DNA of 64,000 nucleotides from Nemertoderma westbladi (GCA_032718475.1 JAUCBJ010008796.1:1-64000); one strand, 5' to 3'; positions 13,188 through 27,290 are shown, numbered from the stretch's first letter. Notes: generated by a model not told the origin, from the sequence alone. Made by a program: numbers and translations.

Positions 13188-13529
13188 GTAAGCTAACATG
13201 CGTATGACATACTGAAATATCAATAGAAAAATATCCTATAAGCTAAAGATTTACCGGCAAATAATATTGCTGCAACAAAATTTGATTACGTATTTGTAAA
13301 CGTATTGTTGTGGAGTTTTGGACTTTCTGGTAACAAATGTATCATCATTAAATACGATGATGGAATCGGCCAATATTATTATTATAAATTATCATCAGGA
13401 AAAATATGTTAAATTAATATATCACATTTTATTTGTAGTATTACTCTACATTTCAATTAATAAATTAAGGTAATCTTTAAATTAGGTAAAAATAATTCTT
13501 AGCATAATATCTTCCACCCTTATTCACAG

Positions 13530-13794
13530 ACAAGAAATAGGGTTTGTAACCGACCGTCTGGTTCTAAACCCTGTAGAGGGAAACAAACAGAGATGGAACT
13601 TTGTAACAACTTTCCATGCCCGAAGTGGAGTCCGTGGGAGAATTCTCCAAATAGTATTTGTCAGACAGATGAAGGAAAGTTCTGTGGTCTTGGGACCATA
13701 CTTCAGATACGACAGTGCTTGTATCCCATTCCAGAGTTACCTTGTGTCGGAGAAACTACCAGAACATTCCCATGTTATAATATTCAATGCCATT
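13530..13794 (+). CDS. Host gene exon: rest of TSP1 repeat 1 and TSP1 repeat 2
   Basis: cag|ACA...CAT T|gtaagt; TRNRVCNRPSGSKPCRGKQTEMELCNNFPCPKWSPWE...CGLGTILQIRQC...CVGETTRTFPC. Confidence 0.92.
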
Positions 13795-14568
13795 GTAAGT
13801 GCTTCTTTATTATAAATGTTATTTCTTTTTATCAATATTGCTCATACAAATAGGTCTGGTGCAGCAGAACTATAAGCCATCACAAGTGAACCGTTTCGTT
13901 ATAGTATTATTCTATACTGGTCAACCCATTCACACTCATCTTAGTTTTTTAAGGATGTTTCATTACCTCGTAAGAGTACCATATACAATGGTTTATGAAC
14001 TCCCATATCATTAACCTGATTATGTTCTATGTAAGACAATAAGCTAATTGAAGCTTAGTTGTGACGAACCGTACTGTAATGTTATTCCCCACCATTATTC
14101 CTCTCAAAGCTCCCAAGTCAACACAAAGTCGTCTTTCAGAAACTTTACTATTACCCATCTTTAAATGTTCATAAATACTCATGGAATCACAATTTAATTG
14201 TTTTCCTTCTATATCTTAACAAGTAATATTTGAAATAAATAGTAGGGTATCCATACCATACACACCACAATAGTAGATGCTGCGAATGTCGAGCTACCTG
14301 TCTGAATATATTAGACAGCCATATCATTTCCTACAGAGCTTCCATTACTAAAATCGACAATCCAAAACTACAATCTGTGTAGCACTCCAGAACCAGATAT
14401 GTTTGAAATCTTTTATATATAACTTTTGATCAACTGATTCCTCAGATTCATCATTCAGCAGTTTGAAAAAATGATTGCGGAATTCAGTATCACTGGAGTT
14501 CAATTTAGTTATATCTGTATGTAGGCATCCAATTAATGTACCTGTATTAAGGTACCTGTATTCTGCAG

Positions 14569-14634
14569 TGCTACCGCAATATTTACAGATACATTCAGGT
14601 GATAATGTGTTGAAACTCGTTGGTGTCGTGCAGA
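14569..14634 (+). CDS. Probable host gene exon (66 nt, phase 1-1)
   Basis: ttctgcag|...|gtaagt; open frame LLPQYLQIHSGDNVLKLVGVVQ; its inclusion avoids a TGA at the 13794/17415 junction. Confidence 0.6.
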
Positions 14635-16235
14635 GTAAGTGGTGAAAACCGTGTGCTATTTTGTTCTACTTAGGACATGGCTACATTTACTTTACTTTAC
14701 TTTTTGATATCGTTGGTTTGCTGATCTCCAAATATTTGATTTAGAAGCTGGACTCAAAGCATAATATTGATTAGTGAACTTATTTTCCTTACTTAGTTGG
14801 TGGTATTTATTTATTACTCCTTCATTGAAAACATTTGGATGTCTCGTGCTCCAAGCAACAAAATGGGGGGTGGGGGGAACCAATTTAACAATATTGGCTG
14901 GAAGTAACATCCAACAGGAGAAACCAAGGGATGATATAGCTGGGGAAGGGCAAGCTGGCAGGTGGACTAATAATCCACCTCCAGTAAGCCAGGCTAGGCA
15001 CCTTTAGTACCGTAGAGCTAATGGTAAACTGTGCAATCAATATCAGTTAATTAATACCAACACTAAAACAAACTATTATTTTACCGGCCTATGGCCAGTT
15101 AGTCTATCAGTCCGGTTCAAGCCGGTGCAGCGTGCAGGAAACCTCTAATCACAAAGTCGAATGGATGGGATCCTAGGGCCAACACATTTGAATTTGATGC
15201 TCATTCAGCAGACCCATTGCGTTATGGTTGCTGTCACTGCTCCATCATCCTTGTCAAACTTATTTATTTCAAAATTGTTTATTGGTCAAGAATTGACAAC
15301 AATGTTAAATCATCTTTCTTTAAGTTATTTATCATGGATCTATTATCCTTGAGTTCAGCTAGTGACGTCGGTAAAGCCATTTCTGATATCAGCATTTATT
15401 CCAGACAGACCGACCTATCTAACGGCACTACAAAATACTACACACTACTGTAGTTTTGCTGGTTCCACCACTGTACTTACATTTAGTTTATACATTGCCC
15501 TGGGTCTATAGCAATAGTGTTAACCAAGATTCATCTTCAGTATTTCATACCTGAATATGGATTGTTTTCAGCTGGAATCTAGTTCAGAAAGCGAACTGGA
15601 AAGCTATGGACTCATCCTGGAGCCTATGAGTCACATTTGACCAGTCAGGGGTCATGGTGTCCATGGTTGGTTATGATCAAACTGATATTGGGTCAGCCTG
15701 GGTTCGCATCTGGTCAGTCAAGAGTCACTTCCTGTTCAGGGATAGGTGGAATTTGTAAGAACACCTAAAAACAATGACAGAATCAGCCACAGTCAAAAGA
15801 ATGATAGACCAGATTTTACCAGATTAGACCAGACAAAAATTGCCACAAGCAATGTTAATAACAGTAGATCGCAGCCCTAAAATTCTGCCAAATTTTGGAT
15901 CTGCATATCATCTGAAAATCAAAAGGAATACAGTCTAACTTGTTTGGACAACACTAAAATGTCAGGACAACACTCAACTCATGTAATTCAAGTGCTGCAG
16001 TGTCAGCAGAATGAACAGTTTGTGAGCTTAGTCACCTGATGCTCTCGTCATCTGATAGGCCTTGGCAAGAGACTGGGGATCAGATCAATCAGTACCAGAT
16101 AGGTGCTATATCGCCTCCTATTAAACTGCCTGGCAATGGAATTTAAGTACGACCTAATCAGAGTATGGTGCAGATCAACTGTGCACTGGCTTTAAAGCAG
16201 GTTTGAGTGTATGTACTATACTCTTCACTGATTAA

Positions 16236-16495
16236 CTACTACTACTACTATATCTGCATGCTGCATGGCAGCTGCATTATGTATATTAAAGAATGCTGTG
16301 CTGGCTTGTCATAAAAAATGTGCCACCACAACTCTCTATCACCCATGACGTGATTGATCATCCGCATCTTCAAGGCCAGTGTCCTTTAAGAGGTGTCTCA
16401 AGAAAGTCATGGGCTGGCCACTATGCTTATTCACTCCATGAGGACGCCAAAGCACAAGATTATGCACTGGCTGGTCCTAACAGCAAAATCAATAT
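16236..16495 (-). mobile_element. 5'-truncated 3' end of the RTE-like LINE family
   Basis: Reverse-complement similarity to 29570-29782 including the (TAG)n tail. Confidence 0.75.
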
Positions 16496-17414
16496 ACAAC
16501 AAACAGAAAACACATACACATAAAATAATGAAAAATTTAATGCAAATCAATTCATCTTTGATAAGCAGAATTAGCTGCAAGAATTGTTTGTGCAAGTTTG
16601 ATAATTATTGCAATATTTTGGCCTACACTAAACGTTACAACTGCATTCGACCCATCCTTTTGTATATTGCAGCTGCCATTAAAGTTGACAATGTTGGCAT
16701 TGTAAGAATAACTGATTTCTTGAAGTCTACAGAAATCATTCTCTGTCAGGAAATAGTTCAGAATTCTCCATTCACTACAGATGAATTAAAGGACCTCACC
16801 TGCAAAACCTTAGGAATCAAGTCGGAAAAACCAACCACATGGTTGGTGGAGCGTATTTCCGAGTACATAGATATTCGGACAACGTGCGTTTCATCTACAA
16901 ACCCTGTTATAGTAGAATGTGATGAAGAAATCGAATACATCAGCGAGACAAGCTACATTGAGTGCGGAGATCAATGTTACTATAGCGGTGAGTCAGCCAT
17001 ATTATACAGCTGTATGGATTTACAGGAGTCTCCTTTATACCTAGTTAGTGTGCTTGTTAGCACTTTGGTTGAGTCTGCACTATGGGCCAGTGTGTTAGCA
17101 CATTGGTGGGTACTATACCCCAGTGTGATAGAAACATTGGTTGAGTCGACATTTTACTGACGACATTATTTAGAGAGTTTGGGGGAAGGGAAATGGCTGT
17201 AAATCCCATCTTGGAGAATTAATATCTATCACAATGTTCAATTGTCAATTAAGTGAAAGGAGCCAAAAACAATTTTTATTAAATTTTGTTTGTTGAAAAA
17301 GTCTAAATTAGAAATCACTATTATTAACATTATTATTATATAATTATTTGAACTTTTCAGGAATAAATCTATATACTTTAATAACTAAAAAGTGCAATAA
17401 GGTTTGTTTGCCAG

Positions 17415-17489
17415 GATCCAAGTGCACAGGAGAGGTATGCGAGGAGCAACTCATCAACACCAGATGTACCAAAAATTACTGCAACCCAT
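17415..17489 (+). CDS. Probable host gene exon (75 nt, Cys-rich, phase 1-1)
   Basis: ccag|GA...CCA T|gtaagt; SKCTGEVCEEQLINTRCTKNYCNP. Confidence 0.65.
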
Positions 17490-18399
17490 GTAAGTTCGTA
17501 ATTATTCATATATTATTCAGTTGTTGAAGGAACTGTTAGTCTTTACTCAGGAAATGGATTGTTTTCGGCTGGAACCCAGTTCAAGAAGCGAACTGGAAAG
17601 CTATGGACTCATAGTGGACCAAGTCATGGACCCAGTCCCAGATATACCATATTCTGTTTCGTAGGAAATACAGGAGCTCTATACAACTTTGTGCTTTTGC
17701 TTTTACACTTTGACCCTTCTCCAGTGATCACCACCTTATCGTGGCCAAGGTAAGACTTAGTCTGCGTGCTAGCAGAAAAACGAAATCTGCCTTGCCGCGG
17801 CATGACTTGTCCTCTCTGTTGCAACAGCCAAGTGTGAGATCCAGCTTCACACTCCAGCAGAGCAATAGGTATGAGGTTCTTGCCTCTGAGGCAGCAGATC
17901 ACTGCAAGGGCTATACTGCCTTAACAGAAGCAGTTAAGTTATCAGCTGCAGATACAGTTCCTGTATACATACCCTCGAAACAGGGAAAAGGCCCCCTGGA
18001 CTGACCACAAATTTCAGAAGTGCCGAAATTACCTCTATATTATGTGTGGGTGTGCTAAGCCACAACTTACAGGGGTGAAATCTTACGGCACAGAAGGTTC
18101 GCCATGTCCTGCAATTGTCTGATTGTTACAGTCGAAAAATTGTGAATAATATAAAACTGATATAATTATAATGGAATTATTGTTTGTACAAAGATATGTT
18201 GAGATATATTGATGTATAAAAACTGGTACATGAATGTCAGAATGTTACAGTTACATAATATTATCGGACTTTACAAATATACTGTAACAATATATAACTG
18301 TATAAAGGAACCAATCAAAACTATAGAACAACTATAACTAAGAACTATAATAAGAAAAATAATGAGAACTATAATAAGAACTATACTATAACTATGCTA

Positions 18400-19334
18400 C
18401 TATACTATACTATACTATACTATACTATACTATACTATACTATAGACTATAGACTATAGACTATAGACTATAGACTATAGACTATAGACTATAGACTATA
18501 GACTATAGACTATAGACTATAGACTATAGACTATAGACTATAGACTATAGACTATAGACTATAGACTATAGACTATAGACTATAGACTATAGACTATAGA
18601 CTATAGACTATAGACTATAGACTATAGACTATAGACTATAGACTATAGACTATAGACTATAGACTATAGACTATAGACTATAGACTATAGACTATAGACT
18701 ATAGACTATAGACTATAGACTATAGACTATAGACTATAGACTATAGACTATAGACTATAGACTATAGACTATAGACTATAGACTATAGACTATAGACTAT
18801 AGACTATAGACTATAGACTATAGACTATAGACTATAGACTATAGACTATAGACTATAGACTATAGACTATAGACTATAGACTATAGACTATAGACTATAG
18901 ACTATAGACTATAGACTATAGACTATAGACTATAGACTATAGACTATAGACTATAGACTATAGACTATAGACTATAGACTATAGACTATAGACTATAGAC
19001 TATAGACTATAGACTATAGACTATAGACTATAGACTATAGACTATAGACTATAGACTATAGACTATAGACTATAGACTATAGACTATAGACTATAGACTA
19101 TAGACTATAGACTATAGACTATAGACTATAGACTATAGACTATAGACTATAGACTATAGACTATAGACTATAGACTATAGACTATAGACTATAGACTATA
19201 GACTATAGACTATAGACTATAGACTATAGACTATAGACTATAGACTATAGACTATAGACTATAGACTATAGACTATAGACTATAGACTATAGACTATATA
19301 TACTATACTATATACTATATACTATATATATATA
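18400..19334. repeat. (GACTATA)n satellite flanked by (CTATA)n and TA-rich repeats
   Basis: Pure 7-mer array about 18443-19298. Confidence 0.97.
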
Positions 19335-20680
19335 CACCAAGGTTAAGGCAGAATCACCAGCCGATCGCCCCAGTGATTGGAAGGACCACTTTGAAAAAAT
19401 TTGAAAAGCTCCTCAATATTGACAGGGTATTGCCTGATAACTTTATAGAAGTAAAGGTGTCTGAGTCTGTACTCCCAGATATTCCCATAGGTGATATCTC
19501 CTTTGCAGAAGCGAAGGCTGCTGCAAAGAGCATTAAGACCAATCAAGCCAGTGGAGTAGATGGTGTTCCCCTTGAGGTCTTTAAAATACCTGAGTGTTTA
19601 AAGCCCATCTTTCCCATCATAGCAGACATGTACAGAACAACAAGAGTCCCACAAGAAATGAAAACAAATAAGTTGGTGCCAGTTCCCAAGAAAGGCAACC
19701 TAACTCTCCATGGTTCTTTTCAGGGAATCTCATTGATCACGATTGCTGCAACGTCGTTATACAATAGAATTATATTAAATCGTATCAGGGATCCCATTGA
19801 GAGACTGCCCCATGGAAATCAGAATGGATTGAGTAAGGTCGTGAGACCATGGAGCCCATTTTGGCACTTCGAAGGATAATTGAAAAGTTATCAAAAAAGA
19901 AAGACAGACATCTGGCTGTTATCTTTGTTGGCTTTTTCAAGGCCTTTGATTCAGTCTCTCACTAACGTATGTTCAGCATACTTTCACTATATGGGATTCC
20001 TGATGAAATTATTGCAGCAATCAGATCAGTATACGATGGTTCGACAACATTTGTGTCTACTGTTGACGGTGATACAGAACCATTTGAAGTGTTATGGGGC
20101 GTCCTCCAAGGAGACACACTTGCACCATTCTTGTTCATTATTGTGGTTGACTATGTTCTACGCATGTCCTTAGATCATCATAATGATGATGGGGTGATGA
20201 TAACTCCACCTACTGGCTCCAGAAGTTGAGGAAATCCTGCCAAGTACCTAACTGATCTAGACTTTGCTGATGACTTAGGAGTACTCTCAGAAACATTAGA
20301 GGGAGCCCAATGGCTCCTCAGCTCATTAGAACATGCTGCTTCTAGTGTTGGTCTTTTTATTAACTCCAAAAAAGATCAAAATTTTGACAGTTAACTTTGA
20401 AAGTCCTCAGCAAGTCTCTGACTGGATGAGTGTAAGCTCAAAGGATGGTATAATTGAGCATGTGGACGACTTATGTTACCTGGGATCATAGATCCGAAGT
20501 CATGTGAGGACCTTCGAATACGTAAGGGAAAGGCATGGGCAGCATTGAATAGGCTTTCCAGGATTTGGAAGTCACATAGAATTAGTCGGAAACTTAAGAT
20601 CATTTAGAGCAGCAGTAGTTCCAGTACTACTCTATGGGAGTCCACGCTGGGCTCTAACTGCTGAGGACACCAAATCTCTG

Positions 20681-21308
20681 TGTGAGCGGATTCAATTCCA
20701 TTACATTATCCACCCGAAAATGTGACCAGTGGCATTTTACTAATATAGTTGAGGATACGAGATTACCAATAATAATCTCGCCTCATAACCAACTTTGGGG
20801 GGGGGGGGGGCGATACAAGCCCTAAAGCCACAGAGAGAGGTGAGAGGTCAAACCACCTCGGAGGGAGAACACAGCTAGTAGAGGCTAGCGGCAGGGGGAA
20901 ACACTCACAGGGAGTGCCAAAGTGACAATTAGTATATTAGCCAATAGCCACTGGGTACAGAAGGCCAAGTAGAGTAAGAGGTGAAACCAATATCTGTGTG
21001 TATCAATCATATATTATTCTGTATTACTGATTTACCAGTCAGTTGATCAATCACAGAGTTGCAGACCGGTCATAGTTTACGACCGTCGCCAACCAATATC
21101 TATTACTGATTTACTGCTGTCATTCTGTATTGTGGTATCAATTACGTACTGATTCTGTGCTATTATCATTCGGAACATTAACATTGAGAAACACAAACTC
21201 TGTTATTTTCCCCGACGGCCTTTGGCCAAACAACAATAGCTCAACAGCCCCAGCAGAATGGTGACGCATACTAAATCTAACCCGGTCGGGATCTACGATC
21301 CCGTCACA
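20681..21308 (+). repeat. 5' LTR of B (628 bp)
   Basis: Direct repeat with 28745-29406; lacks a ~37-bp segment present in the 3' copy. Confidence 0.95.
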
Positions 21309-21319
21309 GTCGTAAACTG
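21309..21319 (+). promoter_or_regulatory. Non-tRNA primer-binding site of B (GTCGTAAACTG)
   Basis: 10/10 complementary to LTR segment AGTTTACGAC 21074-21083, plus one G:U pair. Confidence 0.7.
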
Positions 21320-21356
21320 CCAGCCTACTAACAAACTGTGACTGCAAGACAAAAAG

Positions 21357-24300
21357 ATGAGCAAACAGGAGCCCCGACAGTCAGAAGGGGAGAGAATGCC
21401 GCTGCGGATCCCGGACGACACCAACCAAACGATCCGAGAGGCCGCGATGAGACGGTATAGGCCTGCCACTCCGGATTTGCCAACGAGGGACGATCCAGCA
21501 ACCCAAGTGGAGAGCGGCTGTCAACCACGAGAGAGAGGCGAGCGATTCACGACGACGACGGCGGTCGGAGTACCGGAGTTGCCGGCCAGCCTCAGGCCGA
21601 GGGCAACGGACGGCCCACCGGAATGGCGACGGTGGGGCCGCCGGTACGATGCCGGACGAGGAGAGAAGATAGAGTCGACGAAGAGGATGTCGGGACGAGT
21701 GATCAGCTATGACGGGCCTACAACGCCACAAAGAAATTACTCAAAGAGGGCTAAGGAGGGGAGAAAGGTAGACCAGCCTAAACTATACGAGAGGCTAGGT
21801 GAGTCGAATAAAAATTTTCGTTATTTAGTCCGTTTTGGACAGGGAGAACTGGCGAGTGAGAGAGTGAGGGGGGTCACCACGGAACTGTTTGAATTGTGGA
21901 GGTCCGGGGTAATGGAGCCAGACGTAGTGTACGTAGGGCCTTACTTAGTGGATGCTAGGGGAATTAAGTTAGTGGGATGGGCAGACCCACACGACGGAGC
22001 TGAGGTTAGGTCGTTAGGTGTCGTCGGTTAGCGAGAACCCTAGAAAGCGGGGGAAAGTTAGTAGGACAGAGAGGCAATGGGAGTCCGTCGCGACCGATAA
22101 GTCCGCTACATCCTCCGCTAAAGCAAGAAGGGTGTTAGAGATAGATCTGGCGTGTCAACTAGACATTGTGGCGCTGGATCAAAAGGAATTGGAGAGACAA
22201 TTAGATGAGGGAACTGCATTATTGGAGAGGGAGAGAGAGTTAGTGAGAGAGAGTAAAGAGAGGGCTGAGAGGGTAGCGAGAAACTTTAGAGAGTGCGAGG
22301 AGAGGAGGGCTGAGAGGATTGCGAGAGAGGCAGAGTTAGCCGACCAAAGCATTAGGGAGGATAGAGAGAGAGAGAGAGAGCGGGAAAGCGTATGCGGGAT
22401 ATGCATACCCGGTTGAGGGGGATTATGCAATACCAGACGAAGCAAAAACGCCGGTTAGAACTGGCAAAGTTGGGATTATCGGAGAGTGAGGCTGGTTCGG
22501 GTAGTATTTACGAGGAGCCAGAAGTAATGGAAACCTTTGTTAATACCCCACTTACAGGTGCCGGACGACAGACCCAGGACTGGTGGAACCGTACGGGCAG
22601 GGGGGGGGGGTAATAATAATACGTTAGAAGGAATTAATATTAATAGTACCGTAATAGACAACCCTAATCAAACCTTTGTTGCAGGAAATAATATTTTATC
22701 CGGTAATAATAATTCTAATTTAAATGTGCAAAATAATCAAAATAATGATTCTAATTTAAATGTGCAAAATAATCCAAATAATAATTCTAATTTAAATGTG
22801 CAAAATAATCCAAATAATAACCCTAATTCTGAACAAAATAATTTAAATAATTTAAATAATAATTTAGGTAACAATATTAGGTTAAATAACAACCCTGAGG
22901 AAATTAATCAAAATAATATTATTAACAACGGTGCAATTAATACAAATGCAGGGGGAACAGGTGGCCCGGCCAACGAGAGCCTGCAAGGCCAAGTAGTTAC
23001 AAAAGGAGTAGCAGGGGTGAGTCAACCCAACGAGAGCCTGCAAGGCCACATAGTCACGCAGGGAGTAGCAGGGGTGAGTCAACCCAACGGGAGCCTGCAA
23101 GGCCTCGCAGTCGCACAGGGAGAGGAGGGGGTGAGTAGACCCAGCCAGGGTAGAGATAGTGCGTCGACTAGAGAGGGGCGTAGAAGCGAAGTAGGAGGTA
23201 GCGAAGAAAGAGGTGGCGAATGGGGGGGAGGGGGCTAATGGCACCCCACCACGAGAGATTAGTGGCGAGAGTGGGGGGGGGCAGAGAATGTCCCACAAGC
23301 GTCGGCGGACAATGCGCGCGGCAAGTTAGGTGAACCGCGGCACCAGATGACAGAGAAGTAGGGGGATTGCGAGTATCCCCAGGAGCGTCCAGCCGGACAG
23401 AGAGAGAGAGACGTTGGCGCCATGGGCGGGCGGGCGAGAGGACGTCGGGCCCAGTCAGAGGGCGGGGGAAGAACAGTGGAGTTTATCCGGGAGGTCGAAG
23501 CGAGATCTCACGAGGGGGATCACTACACTGAAGAGAGAAGAAGTGAAGAGAATAGAAGAAGCGTTGCTACGAGCAACCGGAGAGGAAGGACGGACAGTGA
23601 ACCGTCGGTAGAAGAGATGGAGTTAGAGAGTCGGTGGGGTCGAACTCCGGGAGATTGCCGTCGCCCCGGAGAGACGCAGCCTGGTGAGATATACCACACA
23701 CCGGGAGAAGGGTACAGGATGTACCGGTGTGAGGACGAGGACAGGAGAGGGGATCGAAGAGGAACTTCCTGATGGAATATAGCTGCCGATCGAGAGTACG
23801 GTAGTCGCGGGGAGGACTTCTTGGAATATTTGAGAAGATTAAACTTCGGTCCGGAAGGACACAGGCAGACTGCAGGACATACTGTAGGCCTTACTGCACA
23901 TATTATAGGCCATGCTGGAAGAGATAGTGTAGGCGATAGGGTATCGCGGACAACAGGATTAGATCCGGAAGTCGCGGCATACATACCGGTAGGTAGGCAA
24001 GAAGTGGATAGGGCTATACCGGTACCTGCACACCAGTATGACTATAATATGCAAGGATATAATATATACTCAGGGGAGGGGGGAGCTATTTCCGATAGAT
24101 GCATGGGCCCTAACATGGTAACATCAACCCCAGTACCAAATATAACACCGGTGGGGGGGGGGGGGGCAGGATGACATTCCCCCATTGCAATATCAGCAAT
24201 ACACTCAACCAAGAACAAAAACCCCAAACCCTTCAGACCCAAATAAGTCGTGTGATAGAGAGATATGGAGGGGACCGTTACCCCCAGTGATATATCCAAT

Positions 24301-25986
24301 GCAGAGAAGGTCGACAGGCCCGACAGGCGAACCGCACCCAACAGCAGGGGAGTCTGCACAGCAACCATCAAACGTGCTAGAAGTACAAGCGATGGGAATG
24401 GCAACACTCATCGACGCGCTTAAGACCAGGATCGAGCTGCCACCAGTGGAGCCGTTCAAATTCGATGGTAGTAAACCAGAGGAATATCTGCAATTCCGGC
24501 ATATGTACAGTAACGAAATATTGACAAAGAATCTGACGCAGGCGGAGTGCCTAAAATACTTACAAGTTTACACAGGGGGGCCAGCATACGACATCGTAAG
24601 GCAGTACCAAGGTATCGAAGGTGGATTCACGACTGCATGGTGGGCCCTTCGGACAGGGAATTCGGACATCCTGCTAAGATCATCCGACAAACCTTGAGGG
24701 GGATAACATCAGGCGGACTACAGGATAACCCTGTCAGCATCAAGACTGTTGCGAATAAAGTCGAAAAGGCGCTGATTGTGCTAAAGACCTTAGATGCGCC
24801 TTACGAACTCAATGCATCTAATAACATCACCACAATAGCGCAGGTACTACCGATCTGGCTGAGGAATAAGTGGAGAAAGATCGCCTTCTCCAACAGAGAG
24901 AAGAAGGGTGCGGAGCCAGGGCTAGAGGAGATGTCGAACTTCCTTAATTATGAGGCGGAGTTGATTACATCTACCTATTTGGATGGACACTCAGCGGCCC
25001 AATCAAGTCTAGAATTCCGTTCAGCGTGTCAGAATCCTCAGGGTGCATGTTCGCAGGCACAATGAGAGAAATGGAGGACGAGGGAGCAGAGGAGAAACCA
25101 GAGACGGGCGATGGGGAGGACCCATATGAGAAGCAGGCCAAGGAAGAGAACCAGGAGTCGGGGATGGGTACGGATCTGGAACCACACATAGTGGAGTGTG
25201 GGAAAGGGTCGAGGACAGAGAAACACCGCCGACAGATGAGTCAGGAATAGAAACAACAACAAGAGAGTGGGCGGACGAGAATGGGGAGTATCGGTATAAG
25301 GATAGAGAAGAGTGGACGGCGAGATGTCCGGAGAGGTGTCCGGAACAGACGCCGGTCCAGTTGAGAGGCATACCGGTGGGGAGGAGGTCGAGTAAGAAGA
25401 CAAGGTGGAAAGAGAAAGGATGTGCGAAGATTAGACCAGGGGCAGAGAAGCCCATGATCCCAGGCCCATGAGGCAGGAAAGTGGGAGAGGGCATGTTGTA
25501 CACGCATAAGGGGGTGGCAGAGTTCGAAGGGGCATTAAATGGTAAGCCATTACGTGTACCGAAGGATGATCGGGGGTCATCGGGGGCTTTAATGCCGGCG
25601 CACATATTAAGGGGGAGGCCAGCAGAGGTGGCATGTACCAGTAAGAATGACATGAGGGGCGGCATTCTACCGCCAAATGACGACAAGATGAAGGGTGGCA
25701 CTTTGCCGCCAGGGGACGACCACGAGGAGATCAGTGATATGACGGAAAGACCTGACTTAAGGGTGAAGGAGAAGTGAAGAGAAGTGAAGAAGATTCCAAA
25801 AGAGTTGGAATTGAGAAGAAGAGTGGCGCGAAGATTAAGAGGACCTATAGGGGGGCAGTGGGAGAGTTGCCTGCTGGAAGAACCGCCCTTAGGTTGTTGA
25901 GTCATCCAATATGTTGGACTGAGGGGGGTGGGAATGAGGGCGAGACACCCTTCTCACACGTGAAAAATATAAAAATAAAAATATAA
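21357..25986 (+). pseudogene. gag: Frameshifted BEL/Pao gag of element B
   Basis: PFKFDGSKPEEYLQFRHMY...LKYLQVYTGGPAY and LPIWLRNKW...LEEMSNFL resemble the BEL/Pao capsid (DUF1759-type) region; multiple frameshifts. Confidence 0.85.
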
Positions 25987-26040
25987 AATAAATAACAAGC
26001 AAATAATAAAATAAGTAGTAAGATAGTAGAAAGTACTAGT

Positions 26041-26792
26041 TTTTTTTTTTTAACTTACTAGTTTATTATATAATTTGCACAATATCAGCATAACTCTTTT
26101 ACAGGCACTTTATTAATAGAACAAAATAAATAATTCCTACACCGATACCGATAATAAAAAAAATAATAAATAAAGAAAGAAGGGAAAGAAGGGCCTGTTT
26201 AGAGGCCTATGACTACCACTGACAGTCAGTCTAGCTGGTGTTGGTATCAGCGTTAGTCAGGCGAATCGAGTCTGCGGACACCTGATGATAAACGGGGCGT
26301 TTGGTGGCGGATCTCGCTCCACGGAGACACATCAAACTGGAGCAGAGAAGCGTGAAGCTTATCTTCCTCCGCGTCCAGCAGATACACTCAGAGTAGCTGA
26401 GGTCGCGACGATTTTAGAGTTTAAGCGATAAATGCTTAACGAACTGTTGCATCGCTGGCGCGGTACCGCCAAAGGCTGAAAGTATCAGAGGCACAAACGA
26501 CGACAGTTCGACCTCTCGGATGCGCTCCTCGTACTTCAGGCGTTTCCGCGCCTTGTGGTGGGAATAAGCGCCCTCGGTGGTCATGGCTGCATTGGTGGCC
26601 GCTAGAGGGTTGTAGACCGAGACGTCGAAGTAAGTCTTCTCGAACCGGCCACCCCAGAACCCACTGACAAGAGACGTCCAACCTCGCCTGATCTTCTGTG
26701 GAGGTGGATCTGTGGGTGAACTCCTCACCTGTTAGAGGCTGGAGTGTTGGCTCTACTGCGACGTTGTGGGCTACTTCGGTTAGCGCCCCTAC
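26041..26792 (-). mobile_element. 5'-truncated CRE-clade non-LTR retrotransposon (REL endonuclease end) inserted in B
   Basis: GFWGGRFEKTYFDVSVYNP...KRLKYEERIREVELSSFVPLILSAFGG; poly(A) seen as T-run 26041-26051; TSD TAGAAAGTACTAGT at 26027-26040 and 26793-26806. Confidence 0.85.
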
Positions 26793-26809
26793 TAGAAAGT
26801 ACTAGTAGT

Positions 26810-27290
26810 AGGTAGTAGGTAGTACGTAGTAGGTAGTACGTAGTACTAAGTAAGGTACATAGTACCATAGAAGTTAGAAGTTGTGGGCACTGAGGGCGCC
26901 ACATAGGAGCAGTAGTAGGGTACATAGTACCGTAGAGGTTGTGGGCCGCCCGAAAGCGCCACGTAGTAAGAGAGTAGATGGTATGGTATGTAGGTATACC
27001 ATAGAAGTAGTAGCAGAGGGGTTGTGGGCATCGAAAGCGCCACGTAGTAAGACAGTAGAGGGTATGGTATTTAGGTATACCATAGAAGTAGTAGCAGAGG
27101 GGTTGTGGGCACCGAGAGCACCACATAGTAAGAGAGTGAAGGGTATGGTACGTAGGTATAACATAGTAGCAGTATTAGGGTACATAGTACCATAGAAATT
27201 TGAAGTTGTGGGCATCGAGAGCGCCACGTAGTAAGAAAGTAGAGGGTATGTAGGCATACCATAGTAGTAGAAGGGTACATATTAAGAAGG
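26810..27290 (+). repeat. Degenerate tandem array inside B, related to the array in A
   Basis: Recurrent GTTGTGGGCAnCGAnAGCGCCACGTAGTAAG, the reverse complement of a unit in A. Confidence 0.8.

Noticed and set aside
18400-19334. Telomeric repeat
   Set aside because: Interstitial, not G-rich, grades into CTATA repeats
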